64,000 nt of DNA from an uncultured Gemmatimonadales bacterium (lineage in GTDB: Bacteria; Gemmatimonadota; Gemmatimonadetes; Gemmatimonadales; GWC2-71-9), in contig CAWHFW010000005.1 in NCBI GenBank assembly GCA_963828735.1, positions 2,592,001 through 2,656,000 of the forward strand, written 5' to 3'. The notes beneath the pieces were generated by a model, which did not search any database, was not told the origin of the DNA, and was given only the letters and a program-made list of their open reading frames with translations. A program made the translations under genes and the position numbers. Shown piece after piece: positions 20,321 to 29,364 of this stretch; position 1 is the stretch's first letter, and the number at the start of each line of letters is the position of its first letter.

Positions 20321-20722
20321 ATGCTGCCTCCAGGGCTGCACTGCCTCGCCCGCGACGCCGCGTGCGCGGTGGCGAGGCGGGTCGCGACGAGGGGTGGGGA
20401 ACGGGGATATGCGGGGAGGTGGAACGGTGGAGCGCGACGTCGTCACGCGGAGCACTCGACAGGACGCGTGCGGTGGTCCGGTTTCGCCCAGGGCTTTCGG
20501 GCGCGGCGATCCCCGCGAGGGGACACGAAGTCTCGAGCGGCATGACGGTTCGTTCATGGTGCGGTGACACTGCGGCCCGGCACGCGAGCGGCCGGCGCAG
20601 CGCCTAGTTTTGTGATGCCTGCCTCGGGGGCGCAAGGTCATGCGTCACATATTGGCCGCCAAGGGCCAGCGGTGTTACCGTGCGAAGGCTCGATCGCGGC
20701 CCCAGCTCCGCCCGGGAGACGT

Positions 20723-22024
20723 ACGCCCACGCCGACCTCCTGTCCGCTCCTCCGCTCCACCGGTCTGCTGCTCGCGCTTCTCCTCACGGCCGGGTGCGGG
20801 CGGGCGCCATCCGGCGGCCCGACCGCGGTCACCTTCCCCGGCAGCGCGCTGGGCGCCGAAGGTGAAGTGTTGCGGCGGCAGCTCGCGCGGTTCATGGCCG
20901 CCCACCCGGAGATCCGCGTCGTGCAGCGGCCCACGCCCGACGCCGCCGATCAGCGGCATCAGCTCTACGTCCAGTGGCTCAATGCCCAGGCGAGCGAGCC
21001 CGATATCCTGCAGCTCGACGTGGTCTGGACGCCGGAGTTCGCCGCGGCAGGGTGGATCCTGGACCTGGACCGGTTTCGGCCGCCACTCGACTCGTTCTTC
21101 CCCGCGACGATCGCGGCCAACCGGTGGCAGGGCCAGCTCTACGCGATGCCGTGGTTCGTGGACGTGGGGATGCTCTACTGGCGCACCGACCTCATGCGGA
21201 GCCCGCCGGCCACCTTCGTCGAGCTCGAGCGCGACGCGGTGCGCGCTCGGACGGTGCAGGGGCTGCCGTACGGGCTCGTCTGGCAGGGCGCCCGCTACGA
21301 GGGCCTGGTGACGGTCTTCAGCGAGTACCTGGGAGCGTTCGGCGGCGCGCATCCTCGACGGCGGGCAAGGTCACGGTGGGCTCGGCGGCGGCCGTCGAGG
21401 CACTCACGACCATGCGGAACCAGATCTACCAGGACGGCATCGTGCCGCAGAGCGCGCTGACATGGCACGAAGAGGAGTCCCGGTTCGCGTTTCAGAACGG
21501 CGAAACCGCGTTCATGCGCAACTGGCCGTACGCGTACCCGCTGATGGAGGACAGCTCCGCCTCGCGCGTAGCGGGCCGCTATCGCGTGGCCGTGATGCCG
21601 TCCGGTCCGGGCGGCCAGCCCACGGCGGCGCTGGGCGGCCAGCAGCTCGCGATCAACGCCAACAGCGCTCACCCCGAGGCGGCCTGGGCCGTCATCGAGT
21701 ATCTCACCGCGCCCGCGCAGATGCTCGAGCGGGCTCGCGGCGTGGGCCAGTTCCCGACGCGGCCCGCGCTGTACGACGATCCCGAGCTCGCCCGATGCGC
21801 TGTCGATTCCGCCGGCGGAAGCCCGGACCGTCATCGAGCACGCCGTCCCGCGGCCGGTCACGCCGGTCTACACCCAGCTCTCGGACATCCTGCAGGTGTA
21901 CCTGCACCGCGCGCTGACCCGGCAGCTGGAGCCGGGGCCGGCGCTCGCGAGCGCGGCGGCCGAGATGCAGGCCCTGCTGGACCGCGTCGGCCTCGGGGAA
22001 GGAGCGATGCGTGCGGCGCACTGA
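20723..22024 (+). CDS. Sugar ABC transporter substrate-binding lipoprotein (trehalose/maltose ThuE-like), split by indels near 21350 and 21795; start uncertain
   Basis: Lipobox LTAGC; PDILQLDVVWTPEFA, QGARYEGL, FMRNWPYAY, LGGQQLAIN, PRPVTPVY recovered across three frames. Confidence 0.85.
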
Positions 22025-22937
22025 CGTCGCCGTGACGCCGGCTTCGGCGGAGGGACGCGAGGCCCGCCTGGCATGGGCCTTCGCCGCGCCGGCGGTGGCC
22101 ACGATCCTCCTCGTCGCGCTTTTCCCATTGCTCTGGACCTTCTGGGAGTCCGTGCATCTGCACGACCTGCGCATGCCCTGGCTCGGCCGTCCGTTCATCG
22201 GCGTCGACAACTATCTCGAGGCCATGCGCGACGCCAGGTTCTGCGAGGCGCTGATGCACACGCTCCTGTTCGCGGTCGTGACCGTCACGCTCGAGCTGCT
22301 GCTCGGCTGCCTGCTCGCGCTCGCGATGAACCGCGCCTTCCGCGGCCGGGCGGTGGTGCGCGCCGCCGTGCTCGTGCCGTGGGCCATCCCGACCGTGGTG
22401 TCGGCGCTGCTCTGGCGCTTCATCTTCGAAGGACGTACCGGTATCGCGAACACGCTGCTGGTGAGCCTGGGCCTCGTACAGGAGGGGCCGGTGTGGTTCA
22501 TCCATCCCGACCTCGCGTGGGTGCCGGTGATCCTCGCCGACGTCTGGAAGACCACGCCGTTCGTCGCGCTCCTGCTTCTCGCGGGCCTGCAGAACATCGA
22601 CGCCTCGCTGTACGAGGCGGCCCGCATCGACGGCGCCTCCGCCTGGCGGCAGTTCCGTCACGTGACGCTGCCGCTGCTCAAGCCGGCGATTCTCGTCGCC
22701 CTCATCTTCCGCACGCTCGACGCCTTCCGCGTGTTCGATCTGATCTACGTGATGACCGGCGGCGGGCCCGGCACGTCCACCGAGCCGATCGCCCTGTACA
22801 GCTTCAACGCGCTGCTGCAGAACCTGCGGTTCGGCTACGGGTCGGCGCTCTCGATCATCGTCTTCGCCATCACGTTCGCCCTCGCGCTCGGCTACATCCG
22901 GTTTCTCGGCGCCGGCCTGACGGAGACGCGCCCGTGA
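22011..22937 (+). CDS. Sugar ABC transporter permease (MalF-like)
   Basis: LVPWAIPTVV, DVWKTTPF, EAA loop LYEAARIDGAS. Confidence 0.93.
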   Translation: MRRTDVAVTPASAEGREARLAWAFAAPAVATILLVALFPLLWTFWESVHLHDLRMPWLGRPFIGVDNYLEAMRDARFCEALMHTLLFAVVTVTLELLLGCLLALAMNRAFRGRAVVRAAVLVPWAIPTVVSALLWRFIFEGRTGIANTLLVSLGLVQEGPVWFIHPDLAWVPVILADVWKTTPFVALLLLAGLQNIDASLYEAARIDGASAWRQFRHVTLPLLKPAILVALIFRTLDAFRVFDLIYVMTGGGPGTSTEPIALYSFNALLQNLRFGYGSALSIIVFAITFALALGYIRFLGAGLTETRP

Positions 22938-23753
22938 GCCGCGAGCCGGTGGGGCACCGCCGCGCTCGTCCTGCTGGTGCTCGCCACCGCGTTCCCGTTC
23001 TACTGGGCCATCGTGCTCGTCCTTCACGCCCGAGGCGCGGCTGTTCCAGGCGCCCTCGCTCGTTCCGCGCGCGCTGGTTCTCGATCACTACCGCGCGCTC
23101 TTTACCCAGCGGGAGTTCTGGGTGCCGATCCGGAACTCGCTGATCGTCGCCGGGACCACCACGGCGTTCTGCGTGACGGTCGGCGGGCTCTGCGCCTACG
23201 CGCTCGCCCGGCTCCGCTTTCGCGGCAAGGCCCCACTCCTCGGCCTGATCCTGGCGGTGAGCGTCTTTCCCCAGATCTCCATGGTGTCGCCGCTCTATCT
23301 GCTGCTTCGCGAGCCTTCATCTCATCAACACCTATCCGGGGCTGATCCTCCCGTATCTCACGTTCGCGATGCCGCTCACGGTGTGGCTGCTGGTCGGATT
23401 CTTCCGGCAGCTGCCGGCGGAGCTCGAGGAAGCGGCGATGGTGGATGGCGCGAGCCGCCTGCGCGCGCTCCGGGAGATCATCTGGCCGCTCGCGATGCCC
23501 CGGGCTTGCTGCCACGGCGATCCTCACGTTCGTGTACAGCTGGAACGAATTCCTCTTCGCGCTGTCCTTCACGCTCGGCCCCGAACGCCAGACGGTGCCG
23601 GTGGCCATCGCGCTGTTCCGGGGTCAATACCAGGTGCCGTGGGGCCAGATCCTCGCGGCCGCGGTCGTCGCCACCGCGCCGGTGGCGCTCCTCGTGCTCG
23701 CGTTCCAGCGCCGCATCGTGCAGGGGCTGACCGCCGGCGCGGTGAAGGGGTAA
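22934..23753 (+). CDS. Sugar ABC transporter permease (MalG-like), split by several indels
   Basis: NSLIVA, AYALARLRF, LEEAAMVDGAS, SWNEFLFA, QRRIVQGLTAGAVKG in successive frames. Confidence 0.85.
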
Positions 23754-23756
23754 GCG

Positions 23757-24839
23757 ATGGCCTCCGTGCGGCTCGAGCGGGTCGAGAAGACCTATCCCAA
23801 TGGGCACGTCGCGGCCCGCGGGCTCGACATCGAGATCACCGACGGCGAGTTCATGGTGCTCGTGGGGCCTTCCGGCTGCGGCAAGAGCACCGCGCTCAGG
23901 ATGATCGCGGGTCTGGAGACCCCGACGGCGGGCCGCGTGCTCATCGGCGATCGCGACGTGACCGCCGTCCCGCCGCAGGATCGCGACATCGCGATGGTGT
24001 TCCAGAGCTACGCGCTCTACCCCCACATGACGGTGCGCGAGAACCTCGCCTTCGGCCTCCGGATGCGGGGCACCACGAGGGACGCGATCGCGCAGCGGAT
24101 CGAGCCCATCGCGCGCTCGCTCGGCCTGGATGCCGTGCTGGAGCGGAAGCCGAGCCAGCTCTCGGGCGGCCAGCGGCAGCGTGTCGCGCTTGGCCGAGCC
24201 ATGGTGCGCGACCCGCAGGTCTTTCTGTTCGACGAGCCGCTCTCGAACCTGGACGCCAAGCTCCGCGTGGAGACCCGCGCGGAGCTCGCTCGGCTCCATC
24301 GGCGGCTCAAGGCGACGATCGTCTATGTCACCCACGATCAGGAGGAGGCGCTCACCCTGGGCGGCCGGGTGACGGTCATGCGGGATGGCCTGGTGGAGCA
24401 GGTCGGGCCGCCGATGGACGTCTACCGCCATCCGGCGACCATGTTCGTGGGTGGGTTCGTCGGCTCGCCCGCCATGAACTTCCTCGCCGGCGAGCGGCGT
24501 GGCGACGGATCGTGGGCGGGGGCCGGCGGACTCGCCCTCGCGGCGGAGGGCGGCTCGTCCGGGGACGGGCCGCGCCAGATCACGCTCGGCGTCCGGCCGC
24601 ACGACGTCGCGATCGTGGCGACGGATGCGGGCGACGTGGCGGCGCGCGTCGACGTCATCGAGCCGCGGGGCAGCGAGCTGCTCGTCCACGTACGCCTGGG
24701 CGAGGATGGGCAGGGTCAGGAGGTCAGGGTGGTGGCGCCGCCTGAGCAGTCGCTTGCAGTGGACACGGTGGTGGGACTTCGGTGCGACCGCCAGCGCCTC
24801 CATTGGTTCGACTCCACCACGGGACGCCGGATCGGCTGA
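23757..24839 (+). CDS. Sugar ABC transporter ATP-binding protein (MalK/UgpC-like)
   Basis: GPSGCGKS, LSGGQRQR, FDEPLSNLD, YVTHDQ, C-terminal TOBE-like region. Confidence 0.95.
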   Translation: MASVRLERVEKTYPNGHVAARGLDIEITDGEFMVLVGPSGCGKSTALRMIAGLETPTAGRVLIGDRDVTAVPPQDRDIAMVFQSYALYPHMTVRENLAFGLRMRGTTRDAIAQRIEPIARSLGLDAVLERKPSQLSGGQRQRVALGRAMVRDPQVFLFDEPLSNLDAKLRVETRAELARLHRRLKATIVYVTHDQEEALTLGGRVTVMRDGLVEQVGPPMDVYRHPATMFVGGFVGSPAMNFLAGERRGDGSWAGAGGLALAAEGGSSGDGPRQITLGVRPHDVAIVATDAGDVAARVDVIEPRGSELLVHVRLGEDGQGQEVRVVAPPEQSLAVDTVVGLRCDRQRLHWFDSTTGRRIG

Positions 24840-24845
24840 GCCGGG

Positions 24846-27578
24846 TTAGCCCCCGGTCGGACCTTCGCGAATCCGAACCGTCCGCTCGAGCTCGTCCATG
24901 TGCTGCAGCACCTTCCGCCGAAGATCGACCGGCAGGCGCGGGTGCTCCTTCAGGTAGTCCCGAACGACCCCCAGCGCCGAATCCCCCGTCTGCCCGCGCA
25001 GGAACGCGGCGAGCCAGGTCTCGAGAAAGAAGATGCGCCGGTGCGCCTGGATGAACGGCAGCGAGTCCAGCGCCGGACCGACATAAGGAAAGGAGAGCGA
25101 GTCCTGCTCGAGAGCGTTGAAGGGCCACAGGCTTCCTGATGCCCAGTCCTCGTTGAGCGACGAGTCGGCGAACCAGCGCCGGAAATACTCCCGCTTGACC
25201 TCCGCGCTTGGCCTGCCGGCGGCCGCGACGAACGCGCGGCGGCGGCCGTCCGCGGTGGTGTCGCGTCGCTCCTGCGCGGCGTACCGCGCCCCTGCGCGCG
25301 GCGCGCCGAGCTCGAGCAGCCGGGTGACGATGTCCCAGCGGGTCGGATCGCGGAGCGGCTCGCCCGCCACGGAGTCGGCAGACAGTAGGCCCTCGAGGCG
25401 CGCGAGGCCGTCAGCGGATGCCGCAAGACCGACGAACGCGTCGACGTACGCCTTGCGCACGCCGTAGGGGCGCGTCGTGTCGGCCGCGCCAGCCCACAGG
25501 ACGCGCTCGACCTCGGTCTGGACGCGATCGCGCGCGGCCGGCAGGAGGTACGCGCCCACGGCGCGATCGAGGCGGCCGAGGATCACGGGCACGATCTGCT
25601 CGTCGGTCTCGCGGGGCAGCTCGCGGAGGGCGAGGCGAATGAAACGTTCCGGCGCCATGCGGTAGCCGCGCACCTGGTCCCAGAGCGCACCCCAGAGCAT
25701 GGCGCGCAGGAACGCATCGTGCACCCGAGCGAGCGCGCCGCCCTCCAGCGCGGTGATGCTGGCGGAGTCGAGCAACAGCAGGAAATAGCCGTGGTCGCGT
25801 GAGTTGGCGAAGACGAGCTCGGGCCTTGGAAGGCCCGTAGCCGCGTGAACCACGGTAGCAGGGCCGCGGAGCTCGACCGGGATGCGCACCGGCGGTCGAT
25901 CACGATAGGCGAGCAGTACTTCAGTGCGCTCGGTCCAGAACGCGTCGGTCGCCGGGATCGCGCCATTTCCTGATTCCCCGGCTGCGGTCCCGCCGCCGGA
26001 GGACGCGGTGCCTGGGCCCGCCTCGGTCGGCGGGCATCCGCTGTCAGCGACGGCGCGGGCGACGGCGCGGAGGACGCAGTCCTTCACCGCCGGGAACTGC
26101 GCCAGCGTCAGCCGCGCGATCCTTCCATCCTCGATCTCGAGCCGCTGCTCCACCACGGGCATCCCGGCCCGCAGCATGAAGTCGCGACCGAACGCGTCGA
26201 GCGGTCGAGCGGCCGCCGTGCCGATCGCGCTGAACAGGTCGCGCCAACCGGCGTTGGCGTAGGCGTACCGTTCGAGGAAGCGGCGCACCCCCGCCTGGAA
26301 GACCGTGTCGCCCACGAGGTACTCGAGCTGCTTGAGCACCGCCGGGGCCTTGTTGTAGACGATCGCGCCGTAGTTGCTCTTTGCCTGGTCGAGGTTGTCG
26401 AGCGCCTGCCAGAGGGGGCGCGTGCCCGCCGTGCGATCCACCGCGTATGCCGACGGCTTGTTCCCCAGGTAGAACGTCTTCCATGCGTCGGCCTCCGGCT
26501 CGAGGTCGGCCAGCGCCTTGGCGGCCATGAAGGTCGCGAACCCTTCCTTGAGCCACAGATCGTCGAACCACCGCATGGTGACCAGGTCACCGAACCACTG
26601 GTGGGCCACCTCGTGGAGGATGGTGGAATAGCGGCCGAGCGTGCGGGGCAGGGTGGGGCGATCGCGGAAGATGAATGCGTCCTCGCTGTAGAATACGGCG
26701 CCAGGGTGCTCCATCCCGCCGAAGGGAAACGCCGGCGCCAGCACGAAGTCGAACTTCTCGAACGGATAGGGGCGCCCGAAGTAGCGCTCCATCCACGCGA
26801 GCGCGCGGGCATTGAGCGTGAGCAGCGTGTCGAGGTCCGCCTCGGCCGCGCGCGAGCGTCGAACGTAGGCGGTGATGGTTCGGCCGTGGATCGTGGCGCG
26901 TGCCGATCGCCACGGTCCGGCCGCGAAGGCGATGAGGTAGGTGCTGATGGGCTTCGTCTGGGCAAAGCGGGTGGTGACCTGCTGCCCGGTGGTATCGCCC
27001 GCCACGGCGGATCCATTCGCGACCACCGACCAGGCGGCCGGGGCCGTGACCGCCAGGCGGACCCGGGCCTTGAGATCGGGCTGGTCGAAGCAGGGAAAGA
27101 GCTGGCTCGCGTCGGCCGGGACGAGCAGGGTGTAGAGGTAATCGCTGCCGTCGGTCGGATCGTGATTACGGATGATGCTCACGCCGCTGGGCGCAATGTC
27201 CGCCACGAATTCCACTCGAAGCGTGTTCTCCCCAACTTGGAGCAGGCGGGCCGGCGCAACGAGATGGCCGTTCGTCGGGATCGCACCAGCGAGGGCCCGC
27301 CCGTTCACCAGGGCGGAGACGAGGCGACGGCCCCGGAAGTCGAGGATCGCGTCGGCCGCGCCGGTACGACGGAAGCGGATCGTCACCGTCCCGACCGCGC
27401 TGTCCCTCGAGGTCACGTCCAGCGCCAGCTCGTAGCGCACGTCGTGGATCGTGGCGGCGCGATGGCGCGCGAGTGCCTGGGAAATACCGGGGACGAGAAA
27501 GGCCGCGGTCGAGTCGGCGCCCGGCCGGGTCATCGAGCCGATCGTGAGAAACAGCAGCGCTGGGAGCGTCGGGGTCAC
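24846..27578 (-). CDS. Secreted M1 family aminopeptidase (PepN-like)
   Basis: FPCFDQPDLKA, GGMEH, HEVAHQWFG..WLKEG, VYNK. Confidence 0.95.
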   Translation of the reverse strand: MTPTLPALLFLTIGSMTRPGADSTAAFLVPGISQALARHRAATIHDVRYELALDVTSRDSAVGTVTIRFRRTGAADAILDFRGRRLVSALVNGRALAGAIPTNGHLVAPARLLQVGENTLRVEFVADIAPSGVSIIRNHDPTDGSDYLYTLLVPADASQLFPCFDQPDLKARVRLAVTAPAAWSVVANGSAVAGDTTGQQVTTRFAQTKPISTYLIAFAAGPWRSARATIHGRTITAYVRRSRAAEADLDTLLTLNARALAWMERYFGRPYPFEKFDFVLAPAFPFGGMEHPGAVFYSEDAFIFRDRPTLPRTLGRYSTILHEVAHQWFGDLVTMRWFDDLWLKEGFATFMAAKALADLEPEADAWKTFYLGNKPSAYAVDRTAGTRPLWQALDNLDQAKSNYGAIVYNKAPAVLKQLEYLVGDTVFQAGVRRFLERYAYANAGWRDLFSAIGTAAARPLDAFGRDFMLRAGMPVVEQRLEIEDGRIARLTLAQFPAVKDCVLRAVARAVADSGCPPTEAGPGTASSGGGTAAGESGNGAIPATDAFWTERTEVLLAYRDRPPVRIPVELRGPATVVHAATGLPRPELVFANSRDHGYFLLLLDSASITALEGGALARVHDAFLRAMLWGALWDQVRGYRMAPERFIRLALRELPRETDEQIVPVILGRLDRAVGAYLLPAARDRVQTEVERVLWAGAADTTRPYGVRKAYVDAFVGLAASADGLARLEGLLSADSVAGEPLRDPTRWDIVTRLLELGAPRAGARYAAQERRDTTADGRRRAFVAAAGRPSAEVKREYFRRWFADSSLNEDWASGSLWPFNALEQDSLSFPYVGPALDSLPFIQAHRRIFFLETWLAAFLRGQTGDSALGVVRDYLKEHPRLPVDLRRKVLQHMDELERTVRIREGPTGG

Positions 27579-27694
27579 GAGTGGAAGGTACGCGCCCCGG
27601 CCGTCCCTGCTCAGCCGAGCCTGGGCGCCAGCCAGGCGCCGACACGAAAGGAGCCCGTGCTGTCGGCTGCGCCGGGCCGCCCTATATTGCCGCC

Positions 27695-28270
27695 ATGCGA
27701 TACGAGCGGATTATCGCGACCATCATCCCGGCCCTGTGGCTGGTGTGGCTCCTCTACTGGTGGTACAGCGCGAGGGACGTGAAGCGCACCACGCAGCCGG
27801 AGCCGCTTCGATCGAAGCTGAAGCATCGTGTCCCCCTGATTCTCGGGGTCGTGTTGTTCGCCGCACCTCGCCTGGTGCCCAAGCTGCTGACCCGGCGGTT
27901 CGTGCCGGCCAACCTGGTGTACCCGACCATCGGGGTGGCCCTCCTCGCGCTCGGGCTCGCGATCTCGATCTGGGCTCGACGCCACCTCGGGCGGAACTGG
28001 AGCGCCCATGTGGTCGTGAAGGAGGACCACGCCCTGATCCGCACCGGGCCGTACCGCCACGTGCGCCACCCGATCTACACCGGCATTCTGCTCGCGATGC
28101 TGGGCATGGCAATCGCTATCGGGGAGTGGCGGACGCTCGTCGGCTTCGCGTTCATGGTGCTGTCGTTCGCCATGAAGAGCCGCGAGGAGGAGAGCCGGAT
28201 GCGGGAGACGTTCCCGGAGTATGGGGAGTACGAGCGCGGGACGGCGGCGCTTATCCCCTTCGTGTACTGA
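27695..28270 (+). CDS. Isoprenylcysteine carboxylmethyltransferase family membrane protein
   Basis: LGRNWS..H.LIRTGPYRHVRHPIYTG, EEE..M...F.EY..Y. Confidence 0.9.
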   Translation: MRYERIIATIIPALWLVWLLYWWYSARDVKRTTQPEPLRSKLKHRVPLILGVVLFAAPRLVPKLLTRRFVPANLVYPTIGVALLALGLAISIWARRHLGRNWSAHVVVKEDHALIRTGPYRHVRHPIYTGILLAMLGMAIAIGEWRTLVGFAFMVLSFAMKSREEESRMRETFPEYGEYERGTAALIPFVY

Positions 28271-28329
28271 CGGCGCCGTTCAGGTACGGGCGAGGCTCCG
28301 CCCGTCGCGCGCTCGACGGGCGCTGCGCG

Positions 28330-29214
28330 CTATTCGTCCCGACGTACCGCCCTGGCCACGACGACGGTGATGTTGTCGGACCCGCCCCCCTCCAGCGCGT
28401 CATTCAGCAGCGTCTCGCAGGCCTGCTTGGCCGACGTCATCGAGCGGAGCACCTCTCGTATCCGGTCGTCGGAGACGTGCCGGGTGAGCCCGTCGCTGCA
28501 GAGCAGCAGCACATGGCCCCAGTCCATCCCGAACCGGGTGACCTTGGGGTGCGTCTCGTGGCCCCCGATGGCGCTGGTGAGCGTGTGGGCCAGCCTGGTG
28601 CCGGCGGCGTCCTCCATCTTCATGACGCCGAGGTCCACCATTTCCTGTGCCATCGTCTGGTCGCGCGTGACCTGGGTCAGCTCACCATCGCGGAGCAGGT
28701 AACACCGGCTGTCACCGACCTGGAGCAGGTAGCCCCGTGGCCACACGCCGAGGTAGAGGGTGAGCGTCGTGGCCATGCCGCGGTAATCGAAGTCCTTCTC
28801 GCCGCGGCTCACGAGGTCCGCGTGGCACTGATGCGCGCTCTGCTGGAGCGCGTCGGTCAGGTCGTCCTCCCCGTCCTCCGGAAGCGAGCTGTAATAGCAG
28901 CGCATGGCGCGGGTGACGTATCGCGTCACGCCCTGGAGCGCGACGCGGCTCGCCGTCTCGCCCCGGGCGGAGCCACCCACCCCGTCGGCCACCATGGCGA
29001 GCGACGCGAGCCGCTCGGTCTCGGTCATGAGCCCGTCGGCCTCCGGAATGCTGGAGAGTCGGACGACGAGCTGCTTTCGGAGGGAGCAGAGGAGGAAATG
29101 ATCCTGGTTGTCCTTCCGCACCTTGCCGGTATGCGTCACTCCGTGGGCGTCGATCTCGTCTTCACGTGGTTTGCGGCCGGCCATGGTCGAGGTCGCGGCG
29201 TCGGTCGAATGCAT
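28330..29214 (-). CDS. PP2C-family Ser/Thr protein phosphatase
   Basis: GKVRKDNQD, VADGVGG, VGDSRCY, LLCSDGL, GGSDNIT. Confidence 0.95.
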   Translation of the reverse strand: MHSTDAATSTMAGRKPREDEIDAHGVTHTGKVRKDNQDHFLLCSLRKQLVVRLSSIPEADGLMTETERLASLAMVADGVGGSARGETASRVALQGVTRYVTRAMRCYYSSLPEDGEDDLTDALQQSAHQCHADLVSRGEKDFDYRGMATTLTLYLGVWPRGYLLQVGDSRCYLLRDGELTQVTRDQTMAQEMVDLGVMKMEDAAGTRLAHTLTSAIGGHETHPKVTRFGMDWGHVLLLCSDGLTRHVSDDRIREVLRSMTSAKQACETLLNDALEGGGSDNITVVVARAVRRDE

Positions 29215-29364
29215 GGGACTCTCCTGAGAGCAGCTTGCGCTACCTCAATCTGGAGAGTGACCCCGTTTGGCGAAAGAAGCCCGGCCGTTCTGTTCAAATC
29301 TGTCGCGTCCGGCCGGGGCCGGCCCGCGGGCTTGACGCCGCCAGCGTCCAGCCGTTAGTGAACA

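Noticed and set aside
20321..20720. Riboswitch or LacI operator in the TBDR-ABC divergent spacer
   Set aside because: Only weak imperfect palindromes (for example CATGAC..TTCATG); no recognisable aptamer.
20723..23753. Frameshifts in the ABC binding protein and second permease as pseudogenisation or programmed frameshifting
   Set aside because: Single-base indels cluster here and at 35.7-39.4 kb and 56.6-57.6 kb, with no in-frame stops, intact motifs and no slippery sites. Uncorrected long-read error is more likely; a read pileup would decide.
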